DNA of 64,000 nucleotides from positions 5,657,779 to 5,721,778 of the forward strand of contig MU058198.1 in assembly GCA_013265495.1 (NCBI GenBank). The letters run 5' to 3'. Below, in pieces: positions 51,091 to 63,778 of this stretch (the first letter of the stretch is position 1; every line of letters begins with the position of its first letter). The position numbers and the translations under genes are program-made. The notes beneath the pieces were generated by a model. It was not told where the DNA came from, did no database searches, and saw only the letters and a list, made by a program, of their open reading frames with translations. This DNA is from Vicugna vicugna. Lineage: Eukaryota.

Positions 51091-51931
51091 GAGAATGCAA
51101 AGCAGAGACCTCACAGAACAATTAGGATACAGGGTGCTGGCCAGAGCAGGGAGCTGTCCACCACAGCAGTTCTGAATCAGGTGGGCTGTATGCGTCTGAC
51201 AAAGAGAAGGAAAATCAACAGGACTTGGAATTTAATGGCATATGGAGTGGGGAGCGGTGCTGGTGGCTCCAAGTAGGGTGTGCTACAGTTGGCCAAAGGT
51301 TGTGCAGGTGATGTTTCCAGGGGCTCAGCTAACCGGTACCATGGGCACACTTTGGGGATCGATAAATGGTCCTCTCACTGCTCTTCCAACCAAGACTAAG
51401 CCTCCATTACAAGTGGCAGAGCAGTGGTCAAGGAGGCAGTTTAAGGGGAGAAATATTACTGTATTTTGGGTCTCTCGTTGATATTTTGTGGTGTTCTAAA
51501 AATGAACATAATTAAAAGCAGCATTTCTTTCAGAAAAGCAAAACAAGGTCCCCACCTAAAGAAAGTGATTCGGTTAGAACCGTGTTGGTAATAGACTTGG
51601 CAGGGCTCTTGCAGTGCCTACGTGCCAACACATTATAATTTTGTCTTGATAGTTAGACATACTCTGTTGTTATTCAATCTGACTCCTCTGAAACTGTTGC
51701 CAATAGTCCAATTAAATAGTTAGCTAAATATATTAGTGCACATTGCTGTGGATTTGGCCCTAATGAGGTTTACAGGAAATGCGTTTCCCAGACCGCAAGA
51801 GCTCCAAAGGTGGGAATTGCTGGTGGCTTGGCCCTCCTTGGCCACAGCCACTGGCCCCGGGCCATCCATCCCTGAGAAAGAGCCTAGAGCAAGGACTTGG
51901 GGGCTGCCTCAGTTTCCCCAACAGGAATCAC

Positions 51932-52334
51932 TGGTCTTGAGTCTGCTCCAGCTGCCATAACAAAAAACCATGGACTGGGACTGGGTGGCTGGAACACAGA
52001 AATGCATTTTCTCACAGTCCTGGAGGCCAGAAGTTCAAGATCAAGGTGTCAGAAAACTTGGTTTTCAGTGAGAGCTCTCTTCCTGGCTTGTAGATGGCTG
52101 CCTTCTTCCCATTCCTCACATGGCCTCTTACGGCACACAGAGAAAGGGAGGCGGAGTTCTGATGCCTCTTCCTCTTCATATAAGGACATCAGTCCTATGG
52201 GATTAGGGCCCCACCCTATGACCTCATTTAATTAAGTTATCTCCATCAGGACTGTATCTTCAAACATAGTCACATTGGGCATTAGGGATTCAACGTATGA
52301 ATTGAGTGGGGAGGCCACAATTCAGCTCATAACA
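51932..52334 (-). mobile_element. MLT1A/B-like LTR
   Basis: 'gctgccataacaaaaaaccatggactggg...tttctcacagtcctggaggccagaagttcaagatcaaggtgtcag...ggattagggccccaccctatgacctcatttaa...caattcagctcataaca'. Confidence 0.85.
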
Positions 52335-52479
52335 GGGTGGTTGAAGACAAATGGTTCAGAGATGCCTCCAGTTAGAACAAGCAAAAAGCAAACAGGCTCT
52401 CGGTCACCTCTCCTTAGAAGGATGCATCCCAACAGGACTGGCCCCGGGTAGGTCTGGCAGTTAGAAACATCCCATGCTC

Positions 52480-53740
52480 ACATAACCAGTGTTTACTTAG
52501 CACCTACTGTATGCCAGACATTGAGTTGGTGCTGCAGCTACACTGATAAGCAAGAAGTGTTTCCTGCTCTTGGAATTTAGAGAAATTCCAATTCTGTAAG
52601 AGAAAGTGCAGGACACCATAAGAATACATCAGAGCACCCTAGTCCTGACCTGGAGGGTTCTAGCAGGCTTCTCCAAGGAAGCAACATTTACGCTGAGACC
52701 CAGTAAATAATTACGGACCATTTTTCCAGGTGAAGAAAGTGGGGATGGCAGTGGAGGGGTGTCCCAGGCAGTGGGGATAAAGCCTATGTAAAGACCTGGA
52801 GGTAAGAGAGTATGGCTCATCGGAAGAACAGAAAGGTCAGTGTGTCTAGAGCAAGCTCCTTCCTCCCCAGCCCACAAGAGCACCAGGGCACCCACCCTCA
52901 TGGGTCGGATGCTGGATGTTGCTAAGTTATTCACTGGCCAAGGTTCAGGTTTTACTTGCCAAAATTCTCTCTTGTCTTGAGAGGCAAAGACAACAAAGGT
53001 GATCGGTGTCCTCTCACATCAAGGAGGTTGGTGGAGTCTTTCCAGACATGCTTTTGCTAGTCTGAACCTGGGGTGGTGGCTTCTTGAGACCCATAGTGAC
53101 TCCAAAAGGTGACTGGTTTTGACAAAGCCAGGTAAGAGGCAGCACTTTGATCTGCCCACATCTTCAGTGGCATCCCAGATCTCCAGGATACAGCCCCCAA
53201 GTCAGGAAGTCCCTATCTAGTACAGTGGATGAAAAATTGGGGCACAAGAGTCAGAAAGACCAGAATTGGAGTCCTATCTCTGCCTCTTCTGGCAGTGCGA
53301 CCTTGGGAAAGTTGCTCAGCTCTCTGAGTCTCAGTTTCCCCATCTGCAAAATGGGGATTTATTCCACAAACGTTGATTGGCTGCCTACTGTGTGACAGAT
53401 ACGGTGCTGGGTGCCTGGGACACAGTTGGTAAACCCAACAGTCACAGGTTGCTCTCAGTCAAGCAGGGAAGACAGACAATCAACACACAGATATTGATAA
53501 CATGTGATCAGAACAATAATGGAAACACACAGGGCGACAGGATGGAGAGAACCAGATGTGGGAGGGTCCATTTATACAGGGTGTCAGGGAAGGCTTCTCT
53601 GAGGAGGTGACATTTGAGCCAAGATCAGCAGATAAATAAAAGTGCCTAACTCCCAGAGTGTGTGTGAGAACTAAATGAAGCGCCAAGCATGGTAGCACAT
53701 AGGCAGAGCTCAAAAAAGTACTGGTTTTATCCTCAGTCAC
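52480..53740. mobile_element. Interleaved L2 (minus) and MIR (plus) fragments
   Basis: 'tttacttagcacctactgtatgccagac'; 'gaccttgggaaagttgctcagctctctgagtctcagtttccccatctgcaaaatgggga'; 'gtcagggaaggcttctctgaggaggtgacatttgagc'. Confidence 0.7.
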
Positions 53741-54629
53741 TAAAACATAAGCTTCTTTGTAGTTAGGAGCAGGTCTGTGCTGTTTGCCAGAATTGCGCCT
53801 GGCATATGCAGAACTGACTCAATTAACACGTTTTCTTTTTTCTTATGCTATTGTGTTGCTGGTAAAGTTTTTATCTCTCCTTCATTTCTGAAGGACATTT
53901 GTCAAGGATTCTACCTAGAGCTAACAATAATGTCTTGTGCACTTAAAATTTGTTAAGAGGAGAGTTCTCACGTTAAGTGTTCTTATCACAATAAAATAAA
54001 ATTAAAGAGAGTTTACCAAATTAATACATTTATAATAGCAATGGTACTGGTGGTAGCAATAAGAAGAATAATTGCAAGTAGTCACAGTAATACTGCGGTG
54101 GTACTGCTGACCCTCTCAACGGGGGCGCCATGTTGCGATGGAGAGAATGTGAGATTTGGAGTCAGGTGGAGCCACACTCAGATCCTGGCCCAGCCACATG
54201 GTTGCCTTGAAACAACTGAAACTCATTTCCCTAAGCCCCAGTTTCCTCAGCTGCAGGGACTGGGGAGTTGTATGTACAGTGACTCAGACAGAGTCGGCCC
54301 ACAATACATGGTGATTATCCAGATGCCAAGCACGCCCTCCCAGGTGACTGAGCTCCAGGCATCTGACACTCAACCACCATCTCTAGGGGGAGACTGGGAA
54401 GCCACCTGGGCCTGCATGGGTCAGGGCTCACAGCTGTCAACAGCTCATGCTCACCAGGCAGCCACTGGTTATCTGGGTCAGAGCAGCTCAGTTCGCTCAA
54501 CACTGTCAGACTTATCTGGTCTGGGAACCAGACTCCTCGGAAAACTGCTAGATTGAACTAAAGTAAGTAGAAATTTTCGACTGAAATTCCAGTGGACAGA
54601 GAAATGGTTTTCGGCATGTTTAACTGGCA

Positions 54630-56500
54630 AAAAAAAATGCATATCTATCCATCAACAAGAAAAAGCAGGACAGCCCAAATGCAAAATGGACAAAGTATAT
54701 AAACAGGCAACTCAGATCCAACAAAGAGTAAGGACCAGCTAACATAGGGAAAGATCCTCGAACCAGCAAGGTACTACAGAAACTGAAGAGAAACCCTTTC
54801 ATACCTATCAAATGGACAAAAAATTTAGATCACAAGTGTCCAGGGCTGGTGAGAGTGTGAGAAATGGGCACTTTCATGCACTGTTGCTAGAAATGAAAAA
54901 TGGTAGCTTTGGGGAGAGCAATCTGACAGTGTCTGTTAAAATCTGAAGTGAGGAGATTATTTCAGCAACTGCTAAGTGAGTGTCCTAGAGAAGTACTCAT
55001 ATATGGGCCCAAGGAGGCGTAAAATAGGGATGGTCCCTGCAAGCACCACCATTTGTAAGAGTGAAAAGTTGGAAATGACCTAAATGTCTATAGATACAGG
55101 AATGACCAAATTAAAATAATACAACCATATTGTGGAATACTATGGAGTAGATAAAAAGAATGAGATAAATCCAGACAAATGACCACAGACAGACAATGTC
55201 CAGGACATAGTAAGTGAAATGAGAGTGGGATAGAATAATGTGTACAGTATGATCCCACCTGTATTGGAACAAACAGAAGAAAACAATGAATTCCTATAGG
55301 AATGTGTGTGTATGTGTTTGTGTCCATGTGCACATGGATGTGTGAATGTGCATGTGTGTGTGCACAAATACACAGAAAAAGGTTGAAAGAAAGCACAGTT
55401 AAATGATAACAGTTGTTACTTCTGGGGAGAAGGGGGGCTTTCTCCCCCCCTTTCTGGGGGATTGGGGGGGCTTCATGTGGAACTTTAATATTAGCCATAT
55501 TTGAAATTTTTTTCAAGAATGTATGCATGTAACAGAAAATATTTACAGCATATAAAACAAATCAACAAAAGATTGTTCTTCAAATTATATTAAAAATCAC
55601 TATAAATCAGTAAGAAAAAGACAAAACCCACTGAAAAAATGGAAAAAAGGACATGAACAGGAATTTCCCAGAAGAGGAAATTCAAACAATTAATAATATT
55701 TAAATAAACAAATAAATAAACAAACAAACCAACCCCAAACAAACACATAGATACAGAGAACGGAGTAGTGGTTACCAGAAGAGAATGGGGAGGGGTAAGT
55801 AAGATGAAATGGGTGAAGGGAATCAACTATACGATGACAGATGGAAACAAACCTTTGGCAGTGAACACACGCTAGCGTATACAGAAGCAGAAATATAACG
55901 TCGTACACGTGAAACTTACATAATGTTACAAACTACCTCAGTAGTTAAGTAATTAATAATTTAGAAGATGCAAATCATAAAGGTGCAAAATAAAACCGCA
56001 ACAAAATATCAATTTCCACCAACAGATGGGCAAAATTGTTGAAGTAAACGTTAGCAAATCTTGGTGGGTGTACATTGGTAGAACCACATTTGAAAACAGG
56101 TTGGATTTACCTCTCAAGTTTTGGATAAGAAAATCCCATGACCCAGCACATACACAGATAAACCCTTGGACAAGTGTGCCAGGAGACATAAACAAGAATG
56201 CCCACGGTCCCCCCAAACTGGAAACAAGTCATGTGTCCCTCACCAACAGAATGGATTAGTAATCTGCAGTCATTCACGCAACAGTACAGTGGACAGCAGT
56301 AAAAATGAATAAAATATTAGCACAAAATTCAAGAGGGTGCTAACTTTTGGAAAAGGGGGGAAACTGCCATTGGGCAGGAGCATCTACGAAGTTCTGAGGT
56401 ACTAATAAATGCTCTATTCCTCAACCCGGCTGTTTATTTTATGGTTAATTCTTTTTGAACTCTGTGTGTGCTTTATACATTACTTTAACTTGTGTAATTG
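54630..56500 (+). mobile_element. Old L1M 3' fragments with a younger L1 3' end (about 55700-55945) nested inside
   Basis: 'ggaaatgacctaaatgtc...tgtggaatactatggag'; nested 'catagatacagagaacggagtagtggttaccaga...gtacacgtgaaacttacataatgttac'. Confidence 0.7.
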
Positions 56501-57899
56501 AAAACAAGGAAAAGTCAGGAAGGAAAGAAGGAGAAGACAGACTCTTCAGCTGGGTACCACCATCTTCTTCCCTCCACCTAGGAGAGACCACGGACTTTTC
56601 TTACTTCTGGATCCACAGAGAGAAGTGCTCGGGTTGACTGAACCCCCCGCAAGAGCCAGCATCATGCTGGCAGCAGGAACAAGCACAGGACAGGCCGGCG
56701 GGGAGCCCTGAGGACCGTCTGAACCCTCTGGTCTCCTTCTCTTCGAAAACCTTAGCCATTGTGGGTTTAGAGTAAAGAAAGAAGCCCGCTCTCTTACCCA
56801 AGTCATTGCTCTAGAAGGCCTTCAAACGCATCTGGTCCAACCTCTTTGCCTCACCAAGACCTGAGAGAGGGTGTCACCAAATCAACACAGCTGTTCAGTC
56901 TAGACCAATGGTTCTCCATCTCCCTTCCTGCCACGGGGCACATGACATCCACAGGAGTGTCTTGGCAGGGAAATAACCAGCCTATGATGAAAGCACAGAC
57001 AAGACGGACTCTGGGTTATGCACAATCCTCCCAAGAAACCTTAGTCAGGAATGGGTCCGTGTCTCCTGCTGGACTCCATCTTGTCCATATAACCTGGCAC
57101 AACTCCTGACATAGAGCTGAAGCTCAATAAATATTTGTCGGATTAATTTTTATGCCATCTAACTTATTTCAACTAAACTCTCTGCATCTTTAAACAGAAG
57201 AAGAAAAAGGAATGCTTAAATCCATGCGGGGGGGTGTGGAAAATATACCAGAGTTCTGGAAAGTGCTGGTGCTGTGGATGAAGCGGGAAAGCAGAACTGA
57301 GGGGCAGCCACGGCCCATCTGGAAGGTACTCACATTTGGAAAGTCACTCTTTTGGCATCTCTGCTCTTCCTTACACAGCTGCAGTGAGCTCCTCTCTCTC
57401 CCATCTGGCTGCCTCTGTGACTCAGGTACCCAATATGGCTGCTCCAACCTCAAGCCCACTTGGCATTTAAGTTCAACTGCCACCACCAATTGGGAATTTC
57501 CCGCCGAGTCTTAGCTCAAATTCCAGGAGAGAATCTGATTGGCCAAGCCCATTCAGGCCACACAAGTGATAGGTGGTGGTTCAACCTATCGATTGGCTGT
57601 CCTTGGGTCACATGGCTGTTGTTGGTCCAATCAGCAGTGACTGAGAAGAAAAGGGGTGGAGTCACCTATTACAGATGATGGCAGTTTAAGGTAGCCAGGG
57701 CTGTGAGGAGGGAAGTTTCTTGCAGAATCAGGGTGAATGCAGGAGAAAACTAGCTTCTCTAGTCTTTTTAACCTGGGGTTCTTGAGGACAGAAATGTTAC
57801 CCTTCAGGGAACCTACCTCCTGGGATCTAAGCAAGAGGGTTAGGGATGTGGTGGCTGGCAAGAGTGTCTTTTAGAATACTTATCTCAAGCTGGAAAGAT

Positions 57900-58145
57900 G
57901 ACTATGACAAGAATTAAGAGCACAGGCTGCAGAGTTAGCCAGTCAGCAATCTAATCCTGGATCTGCTGCTTACTGGCTGTGTGTCCTTGAGCAAGTTACT
58001 AAATGTCTCTGAGCCTTTGTTTTCTCAGCTGCATAAATACTAGAACCTACTTCACAGAGTTATGAGGATTAAGCATGATGGTACATGATGCAAAGTGTTA
58101 GCACGGTACCTAGAACAAAGTATATGCTCAATAAATGTCAGTTTG
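57900..58145 (+). mobile_element. MIR SINE, near full length
   Basis: 'taatcctggatctgctgcttactggctgtgtgtccttgagcaagttactaaatgtctctgagcctt...tgctcaataaatgtcag'. Confidence 0.85.
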
Positions 58146-59189
58146 TTCTTCTGAACGGTGAGCCCACATCCATGGTCACCTGGCCACATCATTTGAGCAC
58201 CTAGATGCAGGTGTGCTTGAAGTCATTACCCTGGACCTTGAGGATAAATAAGCCAATAAACTCCTTTCTGTTTGCACAATCCTGTTTTAACTGGTTCTAT
58301 ATCACTTACAGCCAAAAAAATGTCCTGAAAAAAACACTAAAAATTTATTCTCACTCATTTGCTTTCAGATCAGCTTCCTTGCACAGAGGAAGAAAGCAGT
58401 GGATTCACAACCAGTCACTGGGCATTGGACATAACCCAGAGGTTCTCTTAACCATGCTTCTGATCACAGGCTAGGTATGCCTGTAAGGAGCTTCTCCTGT
58501 GGATGTCATCTGCCCTGTGGGTCATGGAGGGGGCCAGGGAGGTTGAGGACCATTGGTTTAGCCTGAATAGCTATGCTGATGACACATGGAGGTCCACCAA
58601 CCCAAACCTGCCCCCGTCAGCCAGGTCACAGCCCAGCCTCTGAGGGTATTGTGAAGTACAGGGATCTCCACGCACCCCATACGCACACACAAGCATGTGC
58701 ATTTCCTGGGCATTTCTGACCGCACCAGAGGGCAAAGACTGAGGTCCTGGATCAGGCTGCCTGGACTCCCTGGGATAAGGAGCACTTCATTCTTCCAAAG
58801 ATTCATTCTGTCATTCAGTTAATTACCCATTCTTCTTCCAAATGCGCACTTCCTCCATGCCAGGCTCTGTGCTGGGCATGAGGGGCACAGAATGAATGAC
58901 CATCATCTGCTGGAACGAGAGCTCCCAGCCCAGAAGGGCTCTCAGCCATGGACGTGAGCAGTACTGTAAGATGTGGTAGGTGTCAGAGGAGGACAGACAC
59001 AGTCTACATTTTCAGAAGCAAATGCCAGGACTCACAGTCTCACAAATACAGCCTCACTCATGGGGATGTGATCAGTGATGTGGAGACTCAGGAATTGGGT
59101 ATGACCAGCGATGAGAGTGGTTACACACAACATGGCTGGAAATTAAGATGTGGTCAGGGATGGGAATGTGGTCAACAGGAAAGTACCCA

Positions 59190-59507
59190 GGACTGTTTGG
59201 AGATGGTCGGTTTCTCTGCCTTATGTTATGTGGTGGGGTTGCACTTCCTTTGACATTAGCTGTGGCTGCATGACTTGCTTTGGCCATGATATGTGAGCAG
59301 AAGGGATATATGTCTCTTCTGAATGGGCAACTCGGGACGCCCCAGATGGTGGAGGCTCTGTCCATCAGGGTCCTCAAGTGAGGAGAAACCCATGAGGGAC
59401 ACAAAGCAAGAGGGAGAAAGAAACCTTTTATGGTTCCAGGCCACTGAGACCGAGATAACAGGAGATGCTTGTCACTGCAGCAGTACACGGTCTGCCCTGA
59501 CTGATGT
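59190..59507 (+). mobile_element. Old MLT1 (I/K/L-like) LTR
   Basis: 'gcatgacttgctttggccatgatatgtgagcagaag...gaaagaaaccttttatggttccaggccactgaga...tgcttgtcactgcagca'. Confidence 0.65.
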
Positions 59508-59991
59508 GGTCAGGGAGGGGATGAGAGCAGGACAGCACTGAGCAGGGATCCAGGAGGACTGGATTAGTAGGTCCTGCCTCTCTCTTTTCACTCTCCCGAG
59601 TCTGGCCCCAAAGATAGTGTTGTTCTCTGAGTACAGCCAGCTGTCTTCATCTTCATTCCAGAAATTTCACTCGATTTCCCTGGACAGGACCTGGGGAGCT
59701 CTCGCTCTTTCTCTTTATTACATTCGGAGGATTCGTCATCCCCTCTGTGGAGCCTGCGTTTATCCTGAACTCTATCAGCTCCACTGGGCAGCCATAAACA
59801 GGAGCTGTTGGAAAGAGAATCTGCAGAAAACAAAGTCAAAGCCAGGTTCCTCGGGCACAGAAGGGGCCTCTGAGATTGCAGCCTGCAGGATGATGCCAGC
59901 TCCCCCAATTCTAGCAGACTCTGCAGGGGGTCCAGCCCCCCAAAGGCAGCTAATGGTGGTAGCAAACTCTGCCTCCTGGGATCCACAGGGA

Positions 59992-60585
59992 CCATATTTC
60001 AACAAAGCTAAGATGCCATTGATTGCACGGTGCATCTTTATGTACCACTAAGAAAGAAAAAACACTGCCAATTAAACCAAGACACGATGCTTTATTATCA
60101 CTTAGAATTTTTATTTTATATGTATTGAAAGGGCTCTCTTAGACTTATTTAAACGTAGATTTTTATCATATATCACTATTGTGCCTGTGTAAAATGGAAA
60201 ATATCAGCAAAATAAATTGGTCAAGTTATCCTTCAACATCTTTGCATTCAGAATTTGACTTCTGGGAGCCTCTTTTCAACTCAGAGTCATTGATGTTTGT
60301 GTTTTTCACACACTGTCATCCTCTGGAGCATCAAGGGCATAGGAAATACGACAATTTCTTAAAAGAGTGATCCACCAGTGTCCCTGAGATTTTATTTCAA
60401 GTAGACACTCATTCTGCAAGCTCGGATGCTGGCACTTTGTTTAAAGTCTTGCCCAAAGGTTTCAGGCAATGACAACAGTGTCACACTGCCACCAGGCCAA
60501 CAATTGTGAAATGCCCTCGATTATAAGATGAAACCTGGTTTCATGGAGGGAAGGAAATGTGCATCTTTGAGTCAGTGGAACTTGC
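59992..60585 (-). mobile_element. Kanga/Tc2-type (TcMar) DNA transposon remnant
   Basis: Terminal motifs 'taagatgccattgattg' and 'atgccctcgattataagatg'; minus strand about 60320-60400 reads 'NKISGTLVDHSFKK../ISYALDAPEDD', like the pogo/Tc2 transposase C-terminus (SFKKCGISNALDGTEDD). Confidence 0.7.
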
Positions 60586-60690
60586 AACTGCCTTCTCTGA
60601 TTTTGCTTCTAATGTAATAGGTATAGAGTTTTTGGTCAGAGAGATATGGGTTCAAATCCCAGCCACTCCACTTCTTAGCTGTGTGACATA

Positions 60691-61148
60691 CAGGCACACC
60701 TCATTTTATTGTGCTTCGAAGATACTGTGCTTTTTTACAAACTGAAGGTTTGTGGCAACCCTGAGCAAGTCTAACAGCACCATTTTTCCAACAGCGTTTG
60801 CTCGTTGCATGTCTGTCACATTTTGGTAATTCTCCTGCTATTTCAAAATTTTCATTATTATTATATGTTATGAAGATCTGTTACCAGTGATCTTTGATGT
60901 TACTACTACAATTCCCTGAAGGCTCAGATGATTGGCTAGCATTTTTTTAAGCAGTACAGTATTTTTAACTAAAATATGTACCTTTTTTAGACATAATGCT
61001 TTTGCACACTTAGTAGACTACAGTAGAGTATAAACATAACTTCTGCATCCACTGGGAAACAAAAAATTTGTGTGACTTGCTTTATTGCAATATCCACTTT
61101 ATTGTGGTGGTCTGGAACCAAACCTGCAATATCCTTGAGGTCTTCCTA
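60691..61148 (+). mobile_element. Internally deleted Tigger1 derivative (Tigger1a_Art-like)
   Basis: TA|caggcacacctcattttattgtgcttc...tttacaaactgaaggtttgtggcaaccctg...ctgaaggctcagatgat...ggtggtctggaaccaaacctgcaatatccttgagg. Confidence 0.85.
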
Positions 61149-61450
61149 TGTTAATCAGGGTAGGCTGGGATCTGCTGCAGTAACAAACAATCCCAAAATC
61201 TCAGTGTCTTAACAGGATTAAAGTTTGTGTTCATGCAAATCTACTCAAGGTCAGGGCAGCTGTCCTCCATGCGCTAGTTTCCTAAAACAGGGGAGTCCAC
61301 CGTCGGGGGGTGGGGCATGGGAAGGGAGAGACTCCATAATTACAGAAGGGCTTTTCCCTGCTTCAGCAAGGAAGTGACACTCATCACTTCCACCCACATC
61401 TCAATGGCCAGAACTAGTCACATGGCCCTGCCTGATGTAAAATGTTTTTG
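61149..61450 (-). mobile_element. MLT1K-like LTR
   Basis: 'tgttaatcagggtaggctgggatctgctgcagtaacaaacaatcccaaaatctcagt...atggccagaactagtcacatggccc'. Confidence 0.7.
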
Positions 61451-62669
61451 TCCCTGTTGGCACAAAGGAGAAAAGACCAATATATATTCATGCTGATAGT
61501 AAAGTCGAGCACAGTGATGCTGGGCAATTTACTAAGCCTCTCTGAGCCTTTGTTTCTTGTCAAAAGGAGGGTTATGAATGTGCCTATCCCTTTGGGCTGT
61601 GTGAAGGGTGATGCATGGGACATGTACTGCATCATGCCTGATACAGGGTAAGCACTCAGTGAATACCAGCTGCAATGTTATCACGACCTCCTAAAGTCAA
61701 CAGAACACCCTTCCCACCTGGAAACAACTGTGCTTTCCCCCACATCACTCCCGAGGCATCTCCTCTCTCAGGTGACACAGTGCCAGCCCCACCCTTCTCC
61801 AGCTCCTTCTCATGATTTTCTCCCCAGAAGAGGCCCTCACAATCACTAATCACTCCTTCTCTGTGTCTCCAGTATCTGACAGCCCTCAGTCCTGCCTGGT
61901 GCCTCCAAACACTTGCTGTGGGACCCTTGCCAAGTATACAGCCATCTCTGGACCTTCTTCATCCATAAAATAAAGAGTGGTAGCACAGCTCCCTACCTCA
62001 AATGCACCTGAGGCCCAGGGAAGGGGACATCCACCCAGGTGCTAAGGTGTTTCCAGGCACCAGGTGTGGGGGGTGGGGGGATGTGTGTGCAAAGGCCTAG
62101 AGGTGTGAATGTGCTCATTCCTTGAAGAAAAGGGAACATGGGAGGGGGTCTGGAGTCTCTGGGACACTCGGTAAATGGGGTGAGGAGAGACAGGCAAGTG
62201 GGATGAGGGCAAGTTAAGTCCCCGCCCCAGCCCCAGCTCCCCCAGCTTCTCCTGACACAGAGCCTGGCAATAATTGGCATCAGTCAAAAAGTATTCCTAG
62301 CAGGTCACCACCCCAGCTGACCATTAGAATCGCCTACAGAGCTATCAAAAATTACCAGTGCCTGGGCCCCACCAACATCTCTAGAGAAGCTCAGGTAATT
62401 GGTTCAAAAGGTCCCCCAGGTGATTGTACTGAGCAGGTGGAGTGAAGATTGAGGGAGTGGGAGGGGCCTCTGGGAGCATCGGAGCTCACTCGGTGCCAAG
62501 CCTTGTGCAAGATTCCTCTGTGGACCGTCACTCCATCCTCACTGCAGCCCCGTGACGCTGGTCCTGGTGTCTGCATTGCACAGATGTGGAAGGGACATTG
62601 CAGAAAATTTAACAACTTGCCCAGAAACTTTGGGCTAGCAGTTGAATTTGTAGTCCAACTCCAGAATCC

Positions 62670-62910
62670 AGAAAGAAGGAAGGGAGTGAGAAAGATGAGA
62701 AGGGAGGAAGCTGGAGAGATGGAAGAATGGAGGAATGGATGGAGAGAAGAATGAATGGGGGTGGGTGGGTGGACGGTGAAAGAACGAGAGGGAAGGAGGA
62801 AGAGGGGAATGAAGGAAGAAGGGAGGAAGGGAAGAAAAGAAGGCCAAGAACAGGGAGAGACGAGGGGGGGAAGTAGTATGCAGGGGTTGAAGGAATGAAG
62901 GAAGGACGGG
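62670..62910. repeat. GGAA/GA-rich low-complexity tract
   Basis: Near-pure purine runs (ggaagg, gaatgg repeats). Confidence 0.75.
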
Positions 62911-62927
62911 GCAATGAGTAAAGTGCA

Positions 62928-63145
62928 GTCCGCACTCCTATATCGGTGGGTTCTGCATTCCCAGATTCTACCAAACACGGATCAAATTTTGGTTGAGCCA
63001 GCGGATACCGAGGGACGGCTATAGTACCTCACTGTTACAAGGGACTTGAGCATACTCAGATATTGGTATTGGGTGAGGGGAGGGGGTTGGTTTCGGGGAG
63101 GGCGATCCTGGGACCAATCTCCTGCGGATACCAAAGGCGGATTAT
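62928..63145. mobile_element. Short Tigger-derived MITE (Tigger3/Tigger9-like)
   Basis: 'cagtccgcactcctatatcggtgggttctgcattcccagattctaccaaacacggatc...aagggacttgagcat...tcctgggaccaatctcctgcggataccaaagg'. Confidence 0.75.
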
Positions 63146-63169
63146 ATGGGAGAGATAAAGGGACGAACA

Positions 63170-63625
63170 GGCTGTGCGATGCTGCCTTGGGCCAGCTTTG
63201 GTTCTAAGGTACCAGAAGCCTCCGGATCAGAATGCCGCGAGAAGTGAGTCCCAGGGCAACGACTTCCAGCTCCTGCAGCTGGAGCCCAGTTGGGGTCGCC
63301 GCCCCAGCACCGACTTTCTGCAGCCCATCGCCCTGGCCTGGACGTGGTCGGCATACGCGACGCCAGGCGGGCGGCCGCGCATCCACAGGGCCCTGCTGCA
63401 CCCTAGCGGCGGCGCGCGGCACTGCAGCAGGGGCGGCGGCTGGACCCGCCGCGGGCCACCCGCCGCGGGCCACCCTCCCTGGGGACCCTCCGCGCTGCCC
63501 GCGTTCCCTAGCAACCGACCCAAAATGCTACGTCCCTCGCTCCGGCGCGCTGCCGCCAGCTGCAAACTTAAACATCTCCAGGCCTGGAAGCTGCTGGAGG
63601 GAAGAGAGACGCGTCTCCCGTAGCT
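63170..63625. promoter_or_regulatory. CpG island
   Basis: Very GC-rich with dense CpG (e.g. 'gcgacgccaggcgggcggccgcgc', 'gcggcggcgcgcggc', 'ccgccgcgggcc') in an otherwise CpG-depleted window. Confidence 0.85.
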
Positions 63626-63755
63626 TTTTCTTGAAAAGGTTTTCTCTTCTCTCCTCCGTGAAAAAGGATAACGAGGTGGGGGTGGGAAAAGGAAATGGTT
63701 TAAGTTAATTTAAACTGTGTCTGCCGCAGGCAACAATCCAGGAAAGGTTTTTCCC

Positions 63756-63778
63756 TTTTTTTTTTTTTTTTTTTTTTT
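63756..63778. repeat. poly(T) run
   Basis: 23 consecutive T. Confidence 0.9.

Noticed and set aside
62391..62978. 195-aa minus-strand Pro/Ser/Phe/Leu-rich ORF
   Set aside because: Artefact of the GA-rich low-complexity tract
63232..63249. ATG CCG CGA GAA|gtgagt (MPRE, the same as the gamma-tubulin start)
   Set aside because: Four codons are not evidence, and no tubulin sequence follows
63174..63623. ORF containing 'GNDFQLLQL...DFLQPIAL', reminiscent of the trypsin-family catalytic Asp segment
   Set aside because: No TAAHC or GDSGGP motif exons found nearby; long overlapping ORFs on both strands are expected in a GC-rich CpG island
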